Under the pieces are notes generated by a model. That model was given only the letters and a program-made list of their open reading frames with translations. It ran no database searches and was not told the origin of the DNA. Positions 22,773-34,854 of a stretch of 60,000 nt of DNA are shown piece after piece. The number at the start of each line of letters is the position of its first letter. Position 1 is the stretch's first letter. Made by a program: the position numbers and the translations under genes. The DNA lies in assembly GCA_965235115.1 (NCBI GenBank), contig OZ249436.1, positions 40,550,001-40,610,000 of the forward strand. The letters run 5' to 3'. Source of the DNA: Laetmonice hystrix. Taxonomy: Eukaryota.

Positions 22773-23325
22773 AAGATTTTTGGGAAGAATTTGTCTCCTT
22801 ATAGCTAATTTCCTATTCAATTGAGACACAAGATAGCAGTGATGGAACCAGCCCTCTAGTGGCAGAATACGGAAACGCCAGTTTGAAGAGGTGTCGGCCT
22901 TTGTGTTTTATATTCAACGTGGCCTCCATGCTTAAAACTTAAGACGTCGTAGTACAAAACGAGGAGTAATCCATAGATTCTTTACATTTCCCCTCCCCCA
23001 ACAGGAATGGTATATTTATGCAGAAAAGGGTCTTCAATCCGTTTTAATCGCGTTGCCGGGTGAGGTGAGAGACGATCGGTAGCAGAAATGCAATTTCCTG
23101 GTAGTCTCTAGACCAGGAAGATTGGGGAGTTTTGAAACCATGATGAAAGAGCAACAAAGATATCGAAAATAGAATTAATCGGTTTATTTGCATGATATTT
23201 ACACATTCTAAGTAGTACAAGGGACGAAGATCATGTTTTCCTTGACCGTTCGTATAATCTCAGCAACATATAGCACCAAAGTGTTCACAAGAAATAATTG
23301 TGTTCGCTTCACAATTCAGTAACAA

Positions 23326-24255
23326 CTATTCTCTGCAGATCCCGTCAAACTGCACCAGTCCTTCAACATTCCAACTCGGCCGCGGTCGCGTCAAGTCGTG
23401 CAAAGTAGAGAAGTTGGGACGTCTCTTGGTTGTGGGTTTGCAATCGTCTGTGGCCTCGTCAGAATGCACAGTTCGTTGACAAGTCTCTGGCCTGTCTGTT
23501 TTCCTTTTTCTCTTCTCTCTCATGCAGCGTTCCCTTGCCATCCAGTTACGCACCCACTGAAAAGTTCGGCCCAGCTCCTTTGCAAGTCGGTCTGCCTCGT
23601 CGGACGTAGGGTACGGATAGTCGACGTTTTCCCGGAACCACTTGCGCAGCACTGAGGAAGTTGGCGTCTCCGCTTTGGTCTGGGTCCGTCGCACTGGACG
23701 GAGTCGCTTGGGCCTGGCTGGCTTCCTATAGCAGATCCTGGTAGGTGGCGCTACTGGACACGAAGGCGGCATGGGTACGGGATAAGTCAGAGATACGGCC
23801 GACTTGTAACGGACAAAACTGTCGATGGCATGATCAAGTAGCACGTGTCTCTCGTTGTCATAGAACTGGTGGATGGTCGGCTGGAATCTCAGGTTGTCAG
23901 CGTGTCCGTACTCGGCTTGAAGGCGCAGCGTCTCGAGGGTCCTTGTCTCTTGTAAGTAGCACTCAACCAGCGTCTCCAACCATCTGGAGTTGTTTGTCTT
24001 CTGGAAACTGTCGACTTGGTGGAGGAACCCAACGTGCCGATGATGTAAACTTGTACATCCTTGGAACTGCCTCTGGCATCGGCCCGCCCACAGGGACGTA
24101 GAGGGTGTGTTACGGGAGGGCTTCCAGGTACCGGCCTCCAGGCTGCTCCACTCTGGGTCGTCTGGAGACATGGGAGCGATGACAATCGGGGCGACCTCGA
24201 CCAGGCTGGTATCGACCGCCGGCCGACTTGTTACATTCCTAGGTCGGTAATCCAT
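23326..24255 (-). CDS. TALE homeodomain protein, full-length 309 aa, unit 10
   Basis: Intact ORF; RTF and ERC substitutions in and beside helix 3. Confidence 0.85.
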   Translation of the reverse strand: MDYRPRNVTSRPAVDTSLVEVAPIVIAPMSPDDPEWSSLEAGTWKPSRNTPSTSLWAGRCQRQFQGCTSLHHRHVGFLHQVDSFQKTNNSRWLETLVECYLQETRTLETLRLQAEYGHADNLRFQPTIHQFYDNERHVLLDHAIDSFVRYKSAVSLTYPVPMPPSCPVAPPTRICYRKPARPKRLRPVRRTQTKAETPTSSVLRKWFRENVDYPYPTSDEADRLAKELGRTFQWVRNWMARERCMREKRKRKTDRPETCQRTVHSDEATDDCKPTTKRRPNFSTLHDLTRPRPSWNVEGLVQFDGICRE

Positions 24256-24787
24256 AGTGTGGCAGCTGTGGTAAGTTGAAGGTAGCTTTGATGGTGATGT
24301 GACTGCAGCGATACCTTGGGCGGATCTGTGCTTGAGTCACTGAAACAGGATGCCTATATAGGCGTCTTCATCTTAAGGTGCGATTGAAGGTGAGACCAAA
24401 ACCATCAAGCCTTCGTCTCGCATTTTTTTGAAGGGCAGTTCTATTTACAACTTCAAATAACACAGCTTCTGGGATGAAAGAAAAAGGTGTTAGTTAGATA
24501 AAGTGTTTGTGACACATTTGAACGTAGGTGACGAAAGGCCAGGATTCGTCTTATGACTTCAAAGAGTCACACCTTGATTTTGTATGACTCATAGTTGAGC
24601 TTCAAAGGTTCACACATGGGCCGGGATGACTTGAGTCTCTATCACCTCTATCATACATTAAAGCATAAATTGAGTATTGCCCCTAAACACGTCGTCTTTT
24701 AATTGGTCATTGCAGTGTTTCCCTTCTTCCATCTAGTTCTTATTTTATTTTTTTGAAACATAGAAAGGGGGAAGTGAAATGTGGACA

Positions 24788-24869
24788 GACGAGGTGGCCG
24801 AGTGGTTAAGGCGATGGACTGCTAATCCATTGGGCTCTGCCCGCGTGGGTTCGAATCCCATCCTCGTCG
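24788..24869 (+). tRNA. tRNA-Ser(GCT), unit 11
   Basis: Full cloverleaf, T-run follows. Confidence 0.97.
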
Positions 24870-25420
24870 AAGTTTTTTGGGAAGAATTTGTCTCCTTATA
24901 GCTAATTTCCTATTCAATTGAGACACAAGATAGCAGTGATGGAGCCAGCCCTCTAGTGGCCGAATACTGAAACGCCAGTTTGAAGAGGTGTCGGCCTTGG
25001 TGTTTTATATTCAACGTGGCCTCCATGCTTAAAACTTAAGACGTCGTAGTACAAAACGAGGAGTAATCCATAGATTCTTTACATTTCCCCTCCCCCAACA
25101 GGAATGGTATATTTATGCAGAAAAGGGTCTTCAATCCGTTTTAATCGCGTTGCCGGGTGAGGTGAGAGACGATCGGTAGCAGAAATGCAATTTCCTGGTA
25201 GTCTCTAGACCAGGAAGATTGGGGAGTTTTGAAACCATGATGAAAGAGCAACAAAGATATCGAAAATAGAATTAATCGGTTTATTTGCATGATATTTACA
25301 CATTCTAAGTAGTACAAGGGACGAAGATCATGTTTTCCTTGACCGTTCGTATAATCTCAGCAACATAGCACCAAAGTGTTCACAAGAAATAATTGTGTTC
25401 GCTTCACAATTCAGTAACAA

Positions 25421-25809
25421 CTATTCTCTGCAGATCCCGTCAAACTGCACCAGTCCTTCAACATTGCAACTCGGCCGCGGTCGCGTCAAGTCGTGCAAAG
25501 TAGAGAAGTTGGGACGTCTCTTGGTTGTGGGTTTGCAATCGTCTGTGGCCTCGTCAGAATGCACTGTTCGTTGACAAGTCTCTGGCCTGTCTGTTTTCCT
25601 TTTTCTCTTCTCTCTCATGCAGCGTTCCCTTGCCATCCAGTTACGCACCCACTGAAAAGTTCGGCCCAGCTCCTTTGCAAGTCGGTCTGCCTCGTCGGAC
25701 GTAGGGTACGGATAGTCGACGTTTTCCCGGAACCACTTGCGCAGCACTGAGGAAGTTGGCGTCTCCGCTTTGGTCTGGGTCCGTCGCACTGGACGGAGTC
25801 GCTTGGGCC
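25421..25809 (-). pseudogene. 5'-truncated TALE homeobox copy, unit 11
   Basis: Only homeodomain and C-terminus remain; ~658 bp including ATG and TATA replaced by foreign sequence. Confidence 0.88.
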
Positions 25810-26140
25810 GCGGTCGGGCGATGATCACGCGTGATCACGTGACTTCCGGGTGTGGAAGGGAATCTCCCTCTAGTCTAGTGTTGACCTAAATACCGCATGT
25901 ACACCCGGAAGTCACGTGATCACGCGTGATCATCGCCCGACCGCGGCCAACTCAAGTATCCTGTGGGCCGCTCGCTAATTCTGAGCTACGTATTTGCGAG
26001 AGATTTGGCATATTTTACTTACTAAATACTGGTCGCTGGGCCATAACAGTCTCACATGATGTTACTGGGAGTCCAAGGTATGCGAATCATATGTTTCTAA
26101 GACTGCCATAAATCGAAAAAAATGAATTTTACGACTCCCT
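25810..26140. mobile_element. One-ended DNA transposon remnant at a TTAA site (Kolobok-like) with a 48-bp perfect inverted repeat
   Basis: Ends ...ACGACTCCCT then the unit's TTAA (26141-26144); IR arms 25806-25853 and 25901-25948. Confidence 0.65.
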
Positions 26141-26225
26141 TTAAGGTGCGATTGAAGGTGAGACCAAAACCATCAAGCCTTCGTCTCGCATTTTTTTGAA
26201 GGGCAGTTCTATTTACAACTTCAAA

Positions 26226-29200
26226 CTAGAAACTCTGATTGCCAAGCAATACAGGTAGGATCCCATTTCCCCAATGGTTTGCTATCATTACCTACATTTT
26301 TCTCTCCTTTAATTTGACAGTCCTGTGATTCCGCCAACTGTTCCACAGGTATACTTGACACTGCCGTGCCGACATTACCTCTGGAGGTTATTTTCATTTA
26401 CATGGAATTTACTAAGTACCCCTTTGACAATTATGAAATAGTATAGTCCTTAAACCTGTTATCGGCATCATGAACAATTGACACGGATAGGCCTACGGGG
26501 CCTATCAAAAAGCGCCCTGCCAGCTCAGTGTCACACAAGGCCAATGGGAGTGAATGTCATCCACACCAGGCTTTTGACTTAGACTGAAACGAAGTGCAAC
26601 TGACCAAAAGTTTAGCATGTCACCTTAATTCCACAGCCAACAATCAAAGTATTCTTTTATTCAGCTCTCCTCCCATGTAAGATTCAAAAACATATACATT
26701 AGACAGTTAGCCTACACCCCAGTTCAAAAACCACAGTTAATTCAATTATGTCAGTTCTGAATACACATATTCCTCCAACCCCCACCCTGACTGTGAGGCA
26801 AGGGGGAGTATACAAAAACATGTATTAGACAGAACCTACAGTTTAGAGGCACAGCGAATTCAGTACTGTGAGTCTGGAATACACATAGGCTATTCCTCCA
26901 ACCACATCCTGACTGGCGGCCGCGTCACAGTAGGAGATCTGGGCCGACCGGGACCTTATCAGCAGCAGTTACGTAACGCTACCGACCTCGGGTGGCTGTT
27001 CACAGCCGGCGGTCTGTATACGCAGACAGCCGACCGTCCAGAGTGATAAACATTTTATTGTGAAGACTATACCGATTATAACTTACAATTCTGACCATAT
27101 TACCTTTCCAAGAAAAGAACTAAACGATTAGTGGTATACCTGACTCTATACACTTTATAACTGTTATATTTGTAGATGGCTATCATACACACGTTTCAAG
27201 ATAGAGACTGTCTACGTCAGATTACATATTTCATCATAAATACCAAATTATTGGTCGATTTATGAAAATAATTAGACAAAGCGACCAATCCTTTATAGAT
27301 GCACACATCTAGTGACCAAATACATGATTCCTATCTCATTGAAGCAGTTTTAGCAAAATGTGCCAAAAGTTACAAATTTTAAAGTCACGTGACTCTCTTA
27401 ATATACGTCAAATTCTTTATTTCTAAACGTCCCCATAACAAGCCACCTTATGAGACTCTTCAGACACACTTTCCCTACATATTGCAAAATATTGAGGGAG
27501 GAGATGCTATTTAAGCTGTTTAACACCTTTGACCTAGATCTCCCAAAGGTCAAAGGTCCGAGGTCAAATTCAGGTGCATGACGATTAATGCCTAAGTGCC
27601 TAATTAGGAATTATCATGGAGATTGCTCCTACCTTTCCAGAAATTCAAGAAATGAGCCCTCCTTTGAGAAACTTTAACACGTCATAAGTCATTGACGTGA
27701 CGTCATATGACGTAATCAGTCAATAGCTGATCATTTTAGTGGATGATCAATGTTCCCTGCAAGTTTCATGACGATACCTCCATAGATAACCGAGATACAG
27801 CAAAAGTCTTACCACACCAATAACTAGAAACTCTGATTGCCAAGCAATACAGGTAGGATCCCATTTCCCCAATGGTTTTCTATCATTACCTACATTTTTC
27901 TCTCCTTTAATTTGACTGTCCTGTGATTCCGCCAACTGTTCCACAGGTATACTTGACACTGCCGTGCCGACATTACCTCTGGAGGTTATTTTCATTTACA
28001 TGGAATTTACTAAGTACCCCTTTGACAATTATGAAATAGTATAGTCCTTAAACCTGTTATGGGCATCATGAACAATTGACATGGATAGGCCTAGGGGGCC
28101 TATCAAAAAGCGCCCTGCCAGGTCAGTGTCACACAAGGCCAATGGGTGTGAATGCCATCCACAACAGGCTTTTGACTCAGGCTGAAACGAAGTGCAACTG
28201 ACCAAAAGTTTAGCATGTCACCTTAATTCCACAGCCAACAATCAAAGTATTCTTTTATTCAGCTCTCCTCCCATGTAAGATTCAAAAACATATACATTAG
28301 ACAGTTAGCCTACACCCCCAGTTCAAAAACCACAGTTAATTCAATTATGTCAGTTCTGAATACACATATTCCTCCAACCCCCACCCTGACTGTGAGGCAA
28401 GGGAGAGTATCCAAAACATGTATTAGACAGAACCTACAGTTTAGAGGCACAGCTAATTCAGTAATGTCAGTTTGGAATACACATGGGCTATTTCTCCAAC
28501 TGACTGGGAGGAAGGGGTGGGGGAGTAGTGACCGACCGGCGGGCCCTTATCACCAACCCTTACGTAACTCTGCCGACTTCTGGCGGCCGCGTCACAGTAG
28601 GAGATATGTGTATTCCAACCTCTATTCACAGTCGGTTGCCTGTATACACAGAGACCCGACCATCCAGAGTGACAAACATTTTATTGTGAAGACTATACCG
28701 ATTAAAACTTACAATTCTGACCATATTACCTTTCCAAGAAAAGAACTAAACGACCAGCAGTATACCTGACTCTATACACTTTGTAACTGTTATATTTGTA
28801 GATGGCTATCATACACACGTTTTAAGTAGAGCCTGTCAACGTCAGATTACATATTTCATCATAAAAAAAAAGATATTGGTAAATTTATGCAAAAAGTTAT
28901 GCAAAGTGACCAATCTTTAATAGGACCACACATCTAGTGACCAAATATATGATTCCTATCTCGTTGAAGCCATTTTAGCAAAAAGTGCCAAAAGTGCCAA
29001 ATTTCAAAGTCACGTGACTCTCTTAATATGAGTCAAATTCTTTATTTCTAGACGTCCCCATAAAGAGCCACCTTATGAGACTCTTCAGACACACTTTGCC
29101 TACATATTGCAAAATATTGGGGGAGGAGATGTAATTTAAGCTGTTTAACATCTTTGACCTAGGTCTCACAACGGTCAAAGGTAAGAGGTCAAATTCAGGT

Positions 29201-29620
29201 GCATGACGATTAATGCCTAAGTGCCTAATTAGGAACTACCATGGAGATTGCTCCTACTTTTCCAGAAATTCAAGAAATGAGCCCTCATTTGAGCAACTTT
29301 AACACGTCATAAGTCATTGACGTGACGTCATATGACGTAATCAGTCAATAGCTGATCATTTTAGTGGATGATCAATGTCCCCTGCAAGTTTCATGACGAT
29401 ATCTTCATAGATAACCGAGATACGGCAAAAGTCTAACTACGGGAATAATCAGAAGAAGAAGAAGAAGAATAGCGTAGACGAAACCGAGTGATTTCAAAAT
29501 CCCATTTCCCCCTTCAGGGGGGAAATGGGATAATCAGAAGAAGAAGAAGAATAGTGTAGACGAAACCAAGTGATTTCAAAATCCCATTTCCCCCTTCGGG
29601 GGGGGGGGGAAATGGGATAA
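26226..29620 (-). mobile_element. Second copy of the nested HINE composite (inner element 27824-29533)
   Basis: Near-identical to 18961-22359, at the same nucleotide of the unit. Confidence 0.85.
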
Positions 29621-29951
29621 TAACACAGCTTCTGGGATGAAAGAAAAAGGTGTTAGTTAGATAAAGTGTTTGTAACACATTTGAACGTAGGTGACGAAAG
29701 GCCAGGATTCGTCTTATGACTTCAAAGAGTCAGACCTTGATTTTGTATGACTCATAGTTGAGCTTCAAAGGTTCACACATGGGCCGGGATGACTTGAGTC
29801 TCTATCACCTCTATCATACATTAAAGCATAAATTGTGTATTGCCCCTAAACACGTCGTCTTTTAATTGGTCGTTGCAGTGTTTCCCTTCTTCCATCTAGT
29901 TCTTATTTTATTTTTTTGAAACATAGGAAGGGGGAAAGTGAAATGTGGACA

Positions 29952-30033
29952 GACGAGGTGGCCGAGTGGTTAAGGCGATGGACTGCTAATCCATTGGGCT
30001 CTGCCCGCGTGGGTTCGAATCCCATCCTCGTCG
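29952..30033 (+). tRNA. tRNA-Ser(GCT), unit 12
   Basis: Full cloverleaf, T-run follows. Confidence 0.97.
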
Positions 30034-30588
30034 AAGTTTTTTGGGGAAGAATTTGTCTCCTTATAGCTAATTTCCTATTCAATTGAGACACAAGATAGCA
30101 GTGATGGAGCCAGTCCTCTGGTGGCAGAATACTGAAACGCCAGTTTGAAGAGGTGTCGGCCTTGGTGTTTTATATTCAACGTGGCCTCCATGCTTAAAAC
30201 TTAAGACGTCGTAGTACAAAACGAGGAGTAATCCATAGATTCTTTACATTTCCCCTCCCCCAACAGGAATGGTATATTTATGCAGAAAAGGGTCTTCAAT
30301 CCGTTTTAATCGCGTTGCCGGGTGAGGTGAGAGATGATCGGTAGCAGAAATGTAATTTCCTGGTAGTCTCTAGACCAGGAAGATTGGGGGAGTTTTGAAA
30401 CCATGATGAAAGAGCAACAAAGATATCGAAAATAGAATTAATCGGTCTATTTGCATGATATTTACACATTCTAAGTAGTACAAGGGACGAAGATCATGTT
30501 TTCCTTGACCGTTCGTATAATCTCAGCAACATATAGCACCAAAGTGTTCACAAGAAATAATTGTGTTCGCTTCACAATTCAGTAACAA

Positions 30589-31518
30589 CTATTCTCTGCA
30601 GATCCCGTCAAACTGCACCAGTCCTTCAACATTGCAACTCGGCCGCGGTCGCGTCAAGTCGTGCAAAGCAGAGAAGTTGGGACGTCTCTTGGTTGTGGGT
30701 TCGCAATCGTCTGTGGCCTCGTCAGAATGCACAGTACGTTGACAAGTCTCTGGCCTGTCTGTTTTCCTTTTTCTCTTCTCTCTCATGGAGCGTTCCCTTG
30801 CCATCCAGTTACGCACCCACTGAGAAGTTCGGCCCAGCTCCTTTGCAAGTCGGTCTGCCTCGTCGGACGTAGAGTACGGATAGTCGACGTTTTCCCGGAA
30901 CCACTTGGGCAGCACTGAGGAAGTTGGCGTCTCCGCTCTGGTCTGGGTCCGTCGCACTGGACGGAGTCGCTTGGGCCTGGCTGGCTTCCTACAGCAGATC
31001 CTGGTAGGTGGCGCTACTGGACACGAAGACGGCATGGGTACGGGATAAGTCAGAGATACGGCCGACTTGTAACGGACAAAACTGCCGATGGCATGATCAA
31101 GTAGCACGTGTCTCTCGTTGTCATAGAACTGGTGGATGGTCGGCTGGAATCTCAGGTTGTCAGCGTTTCCGTACTCGGCTTGAAGGCGCAGCGTCTCGAG
31201 GGTCCTTGTCTCTTGTAAGTAGCACTCAACCAGCGTCTTCAACCATCTGGAGTTGTCTGTCTTCTGGAAACTGTCGACTTGGTGGAGGAACCCAACGTGC
31301 CGATGATGTAAACTTGTACATCCTTGGTACTGCCTCTGGCATCGGCCCGCCCACAGGGACGTAGAGGGCGTCTTACTGGAGGGCTTCCAGGTACCGGCCT
31401 CCAGGCTGCTCCACTCTGGGTCGTCTGGAGACATGGGAGCGATGACAATCGGGGCGACCTCGACCAGGGTGGTGTCGACCGCCGGCCGACTTGTTACATT
31501 CCCAGGTCGGTAATCCAT
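30589..31518 (-). CDS. TALE homeodomain protein, 309 aa, most diverged copy, unit 12
   Basis: ORF open but PYP>PYS, LRKW>LPKW and AATAAA>AATAGA; may be decaying. Confidence 0.7.
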   Translation of the reverse strand: MDYRPGNVTSRPAVDTTLVEVAPIVIAPMSPDDPEWSSLEAGTWKPSSKTPSTSLWAGRCQRQYQGCTSLHHRHVGFLHQVDSFQKTDNSRWLKTLVECYLQETRTLETLRLQAEYGNADNLRFQPTIHQFYDNERHVLLDHAIGSFVRYKSAVSLTYPVPMPSSCPVAPPTRICCRKPARPKRLRPVRRTQTRAETPTSSVLPKWFRENVDYPYSTSDEADRLAKELGRTSQWVRNWMARERSMREKRKRKTDRPETCQRTVHSDEATDDCEPTTKRRPNFSALHDLTRPRPSCNVEGLVQFDGICRE

Positions 31519-31890
31519 GGTGTGGCAGCTGTGGTAAGTTGAAGGTAGCTTTGATGTTGATGTGACTGCAGCGATACCTTGGGCGGATCTGTGCTTGAGT
31601 CACTGAAACAGGATGCCTATATAGGCGTCTTCATCTTAAGGTGCGATTGAAGGTGAGACCAAAACCATCAAGCCTTCGTCTCGCATTTCTTTGAAGGGCA
31701 GTTCTATTTACAACTTCAAATAACACAGCTTCTGGGATGAAAGAAAAAGGTGTTAGTTAGATAAAGTGTTTGTAACACATTTGAACGTAGGTGACGAAAG
31801 GCCAGGATTCATCTTATGACTTCAAAGATTCACACCTTGATTTTGTATGACATAGTTGAGCTTCAAAGGTTCACACATGGGCCGGGATGG

Positions 31891-32194
31891 TCCATGGTGT
31901 AGCAGCTGTGGTAAGTTGAAGGTAGCTTTGATGGTGATGTGACTGCAGCGATACATTGGGCGGATCTGTGCTTGAGTCACTAACCAGGGTGCCTACATAG
32001 GCGTCTTCATCTTAAGGTGCGATTGAAGGTGAGACCAAAACCATCAAGCCTTCCTCTCGCATTTTCTTTGAAGTGCAGATCGATTTAGAACTTCAAATAA
32101 CACAACTTTTGGGATAAAAGAAAAAGGTGTTGGTTGGATAAAGTGTTTGTAACACATTTGGACTTAGGCGACAAAGGGCCAGGATTCGTCTTAT
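31891..32194 (-). repeat. Degenerate relic of the ATG/promoter part of the unit at the array boundary
   Basis: Jumps from GCCGGGATG to TCCATGGTGTAGCAGCTG; many substitutions; TATA changed to GCCTACATAGGC. Confidence 0.85.
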
Positions 32195-32379
32195 TTTTCA
32201 GAAACTTTACACAATAACTAGATTATGTTGTGGTGTACCACAATGGATCCAATCTATAGGCGTCATGTGACGTGATTTATAGTCATATTCGAGATGGTCA
32301 TGTTCGAGTTCCTATTGATGTGAAATAGTAACGATGCCTCTTTCTTGCACGGTTGACGACTCAGAAGCCTTAGAACACG

Positions 32380-32770
32380 GCAATGACATTATGACGTATG
32401 ACATCAGTCTACGTCATAAATCTTGGTGTAAATTGAAAGAATATGTATGACTTCCTAATCATGGTCAATAGTATCCATGGCTCCATCTTGAACCGTTTAT
32501 GAGGTATAATCCTCAGAATATATCAGTGACATGGTTATGACATATGACATCAGGCTATGTTATAAATCTTGTGAACAGCATATGTGACTTCATTTTCGTC
32601 TCCAAGAGTCACTATGGGTCTATCTAGCACCATTTAGCAGTTATAGGACTCTGAAATTCCTTACAAGATGTCAATGATGTCATTATGACGTCAGACGTCA
32701 CGCTACGTCATAAAACTTGGAGAGAGTAAGCCCTATGTATGACTTCCGATTCGTGTTCAAGAGTAACCAT
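32380..32770. repeat. About three diverged ~150-bp tandem units, probably TE internal repeats
   Basis: Recurring TTATGAC...ACGTCATAAATCTTG...TATGACTTCC at ~32381, 32527, 32675. Confidence 0.45.
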
Positions 32771-32874
32771 GGCAATATTTTCTTGCATAATTATTATTGA
32801 CACGGCGGCAGGGCTTCTTGGCCACCAGCTACCATGGCCTATGACCATAGAGGTCATATCCTGCAATTTGCAAT

Positions 32875-33272
32875 CGCATTGTGGTGGATACTTTGGAACA
32901 TAGATCTATGACCGATTCTTTACGGGGGAACTTAGGCCTACTTTTTGTTGAGTTGACTGAGTGACAGCCCAAACTTGCTTGAAATCGGCACAAAATAGGC
33001 CTACAGGTGCCAAGCGCGCAGATTTGATGTACGAGAAGTGAAACAATATGTCGCCTTTATATTTCCCTTTAGACGTAGGCCTACTTCACTATGACCCTCT
33101 GACTATCGGGCTGGGGTCGGGTCGGGGTAGAGGCCTGTCCACCCAAAGTGTCGATGGCTCAACCTAACTAGGCAATTGGTTTCCATCTTATCCGCTAGGC
33201 GGCACTCTCACCGGCGTTGCATATGCCATCTCTCGGTAACCGACGGAACTAGTCTGGAAATGAGGCCAGTCG
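32875..33272 (+). repeat. Dispersed repeat, copy 1 (copy 2 at 41137-41508)
   Basis: Shared blocks, e.g. GTGACAGCCCAAACTTGCTTGAAATCGG and GGCACTCTCACCGGCGTTGC...GAACTAGTCTGGAAATGAGGCCAGTCG. Confidence 0.85.
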
Positions 33273-33371
33273 CCATCGTTACTCTGTTGTAGTGCATGAC
33301 CAGTGGCGGATCCAGGATTTGTGCAAGCATGGGGGTTGGGGTGGGGTGGGGTGGGGGGGGGGGCAGGTCAT

Positions 33372-33797
33372 ATATAGTAATATTCGGATGGTACAGCCAT
33401 CCGCGGACATAAATATTTTTAAAAATAGGCTTAATTTCCTGCAATACAGTGAATTCAGAGGCCAATTCCGCATTCTGTTTTCCGTTTTATTATTGCAGAA
33501 TAATTTTCTGGGTTTTTGTTTGTTTGTTGTTTGTTACATTTGCAAAAGTAGCCTAGGCCTATCTGTTAAAATGCAATGCATGAGATATAGTAATATTCGG
33601 ATGGTACAGCCATCCGCGGACATAAATATTTTAAAAAATAGGCTTAATTTCCTGCAATACAGTGAATTCAGAGGCCAATTCCATTCTGTTTTCCGTTTTA
33701 TTATTGCAGTATAATTTTCTGGGTTTTTGTCTGTTTGTTGTTTGTTACATTTTTGCAAAAGTAGCCTAGGCCTATCTGTTAAAATGCTATGCATGAG
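33372..33797. repeat. Direct tandem duplication, 2 x 213 bp
   Basis: ATATAGTAATATTCGGATGGTACAGCC at 33372 and 33585. Confidence 0.92.
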
Positions 33798-34294
33798 CGA
33801 AACACATCCTTTATAAACACCATCTTTCTTGTATGAAACAGCACAAATTACTATAGAGCCAGTCAAATTCCGTGGTGGTGGCCAGGAAATTCCATTTTGA
33901 AAATGAGAAATCCGGTTCTTTTTTTCGTGCGAAATTTTGGAAATTCGTTTTTTTTTTTTGCGTTACAGTATTTTCTGTCTGACGCAAATTCAGCCACAAA
34001 GACAACAGGTGTGAAAATTCATGTCAGGTGCCACTGATGTTCATAATTTCTGACATGAAAAGGAAAACAATAGGCCTAGTGGGGAGCCAAATTTAGCAGA
34101 CAAGGTTAAGATTGGTCTGAGGTATTGGGTAGATTTATATAATCCACTTTGAAATAATCTCACTATTTACACGGTGGGCTGGGGAATTCAGTATAGTAAA
34201 AAGGTCATTTTCTGTTCCACACTGGGACTTCCGTGTGTTATGGCTGATTTCGCGATTCTGCCCGTGAATTCCGCATTACGGATTTCACAGGGCC

Positions 34295-34530
34295 CAGTGG
34301 CGTATCCAGAAATGGAGGGGGGTTCCGAAGTGTAGACCTGTACTTCAGAGATGGCCATTATAGGCCATGGTTCTCTGGGAAATTAAAAAAAGACATCAAA
34401 TAATGCAATCTCGGACATCTTGTGTGGAAATGAAGGCTTCCTTTGGTTAAACTAATGCATTTTACACCCCCCTTTTTTTTATTAAAATGTCCTTAATAGA
34501 CACTTGGAAACCCCCCTGGATACGCCACTG
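34295..34530. mobile_element. MITE with 15-bp TIR CAGTGGCGTATCCAG
   Basis: Perfect TIRs; flanks GGGCC/GGGCG (4/5 match, 5-bp TSD). Confidence 0.8.
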
Positions 34531-34854
34531 GGGCGTTTCAATATCAAAAGATATCTTTGGCAAAGAAATCTTTGGCAAAGATATCTTTTGGACTAGCGCA
34601 GTCTGGATGGGGGGGGGGGAGAGCGAGTGTTTCAATAAAAACCTTGCACTTGGGTCCAGCGAGGTTTTTAAAGATATCTTTGGGCTATATTGAAACGCAC
34701 GGGGCCCAAAGCCTACCAGCCTATATATCGGGTGGGCCAAAAATATTTGGAACACTCTTTTCTGTGGTACAAATTTCAGATAAATAGGTCAAAACGTCTA
34801 CAAATAGGGCCATTTCTGAAAATTCGTGTCAAAAATTGCAATGCCGCGGACCAG

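Larger units (their letters stand above)
1..32194. repeat. Tandem macrosatellite, ~2088-2099 bp unit (tRNA-Ser + homeobox gene), 12 units plus a partial unit; continues left of the window
   Basis: Near-identical units. tRNA starts at 451, 2539, 4636, 6724, 8821, 10909, 12997, 15096, 17194, 22691, 24788, 29952. Similarity ends at ~32194. Confidence 0.98.

Noticed and set aside
25421..25828. 135-aa homeodomain-only protein MIIARPRP...
   Set aside because: Start codon is GTG from the inserted palindrome; native ATG and promoter are deleted
1..32194. Array as tRNA-derived SINE, LTR element or CRISPR-like array
   Set aside because: tRNAs are full length with their own terminator; no RT, LTRs, TSDs or unique spacers
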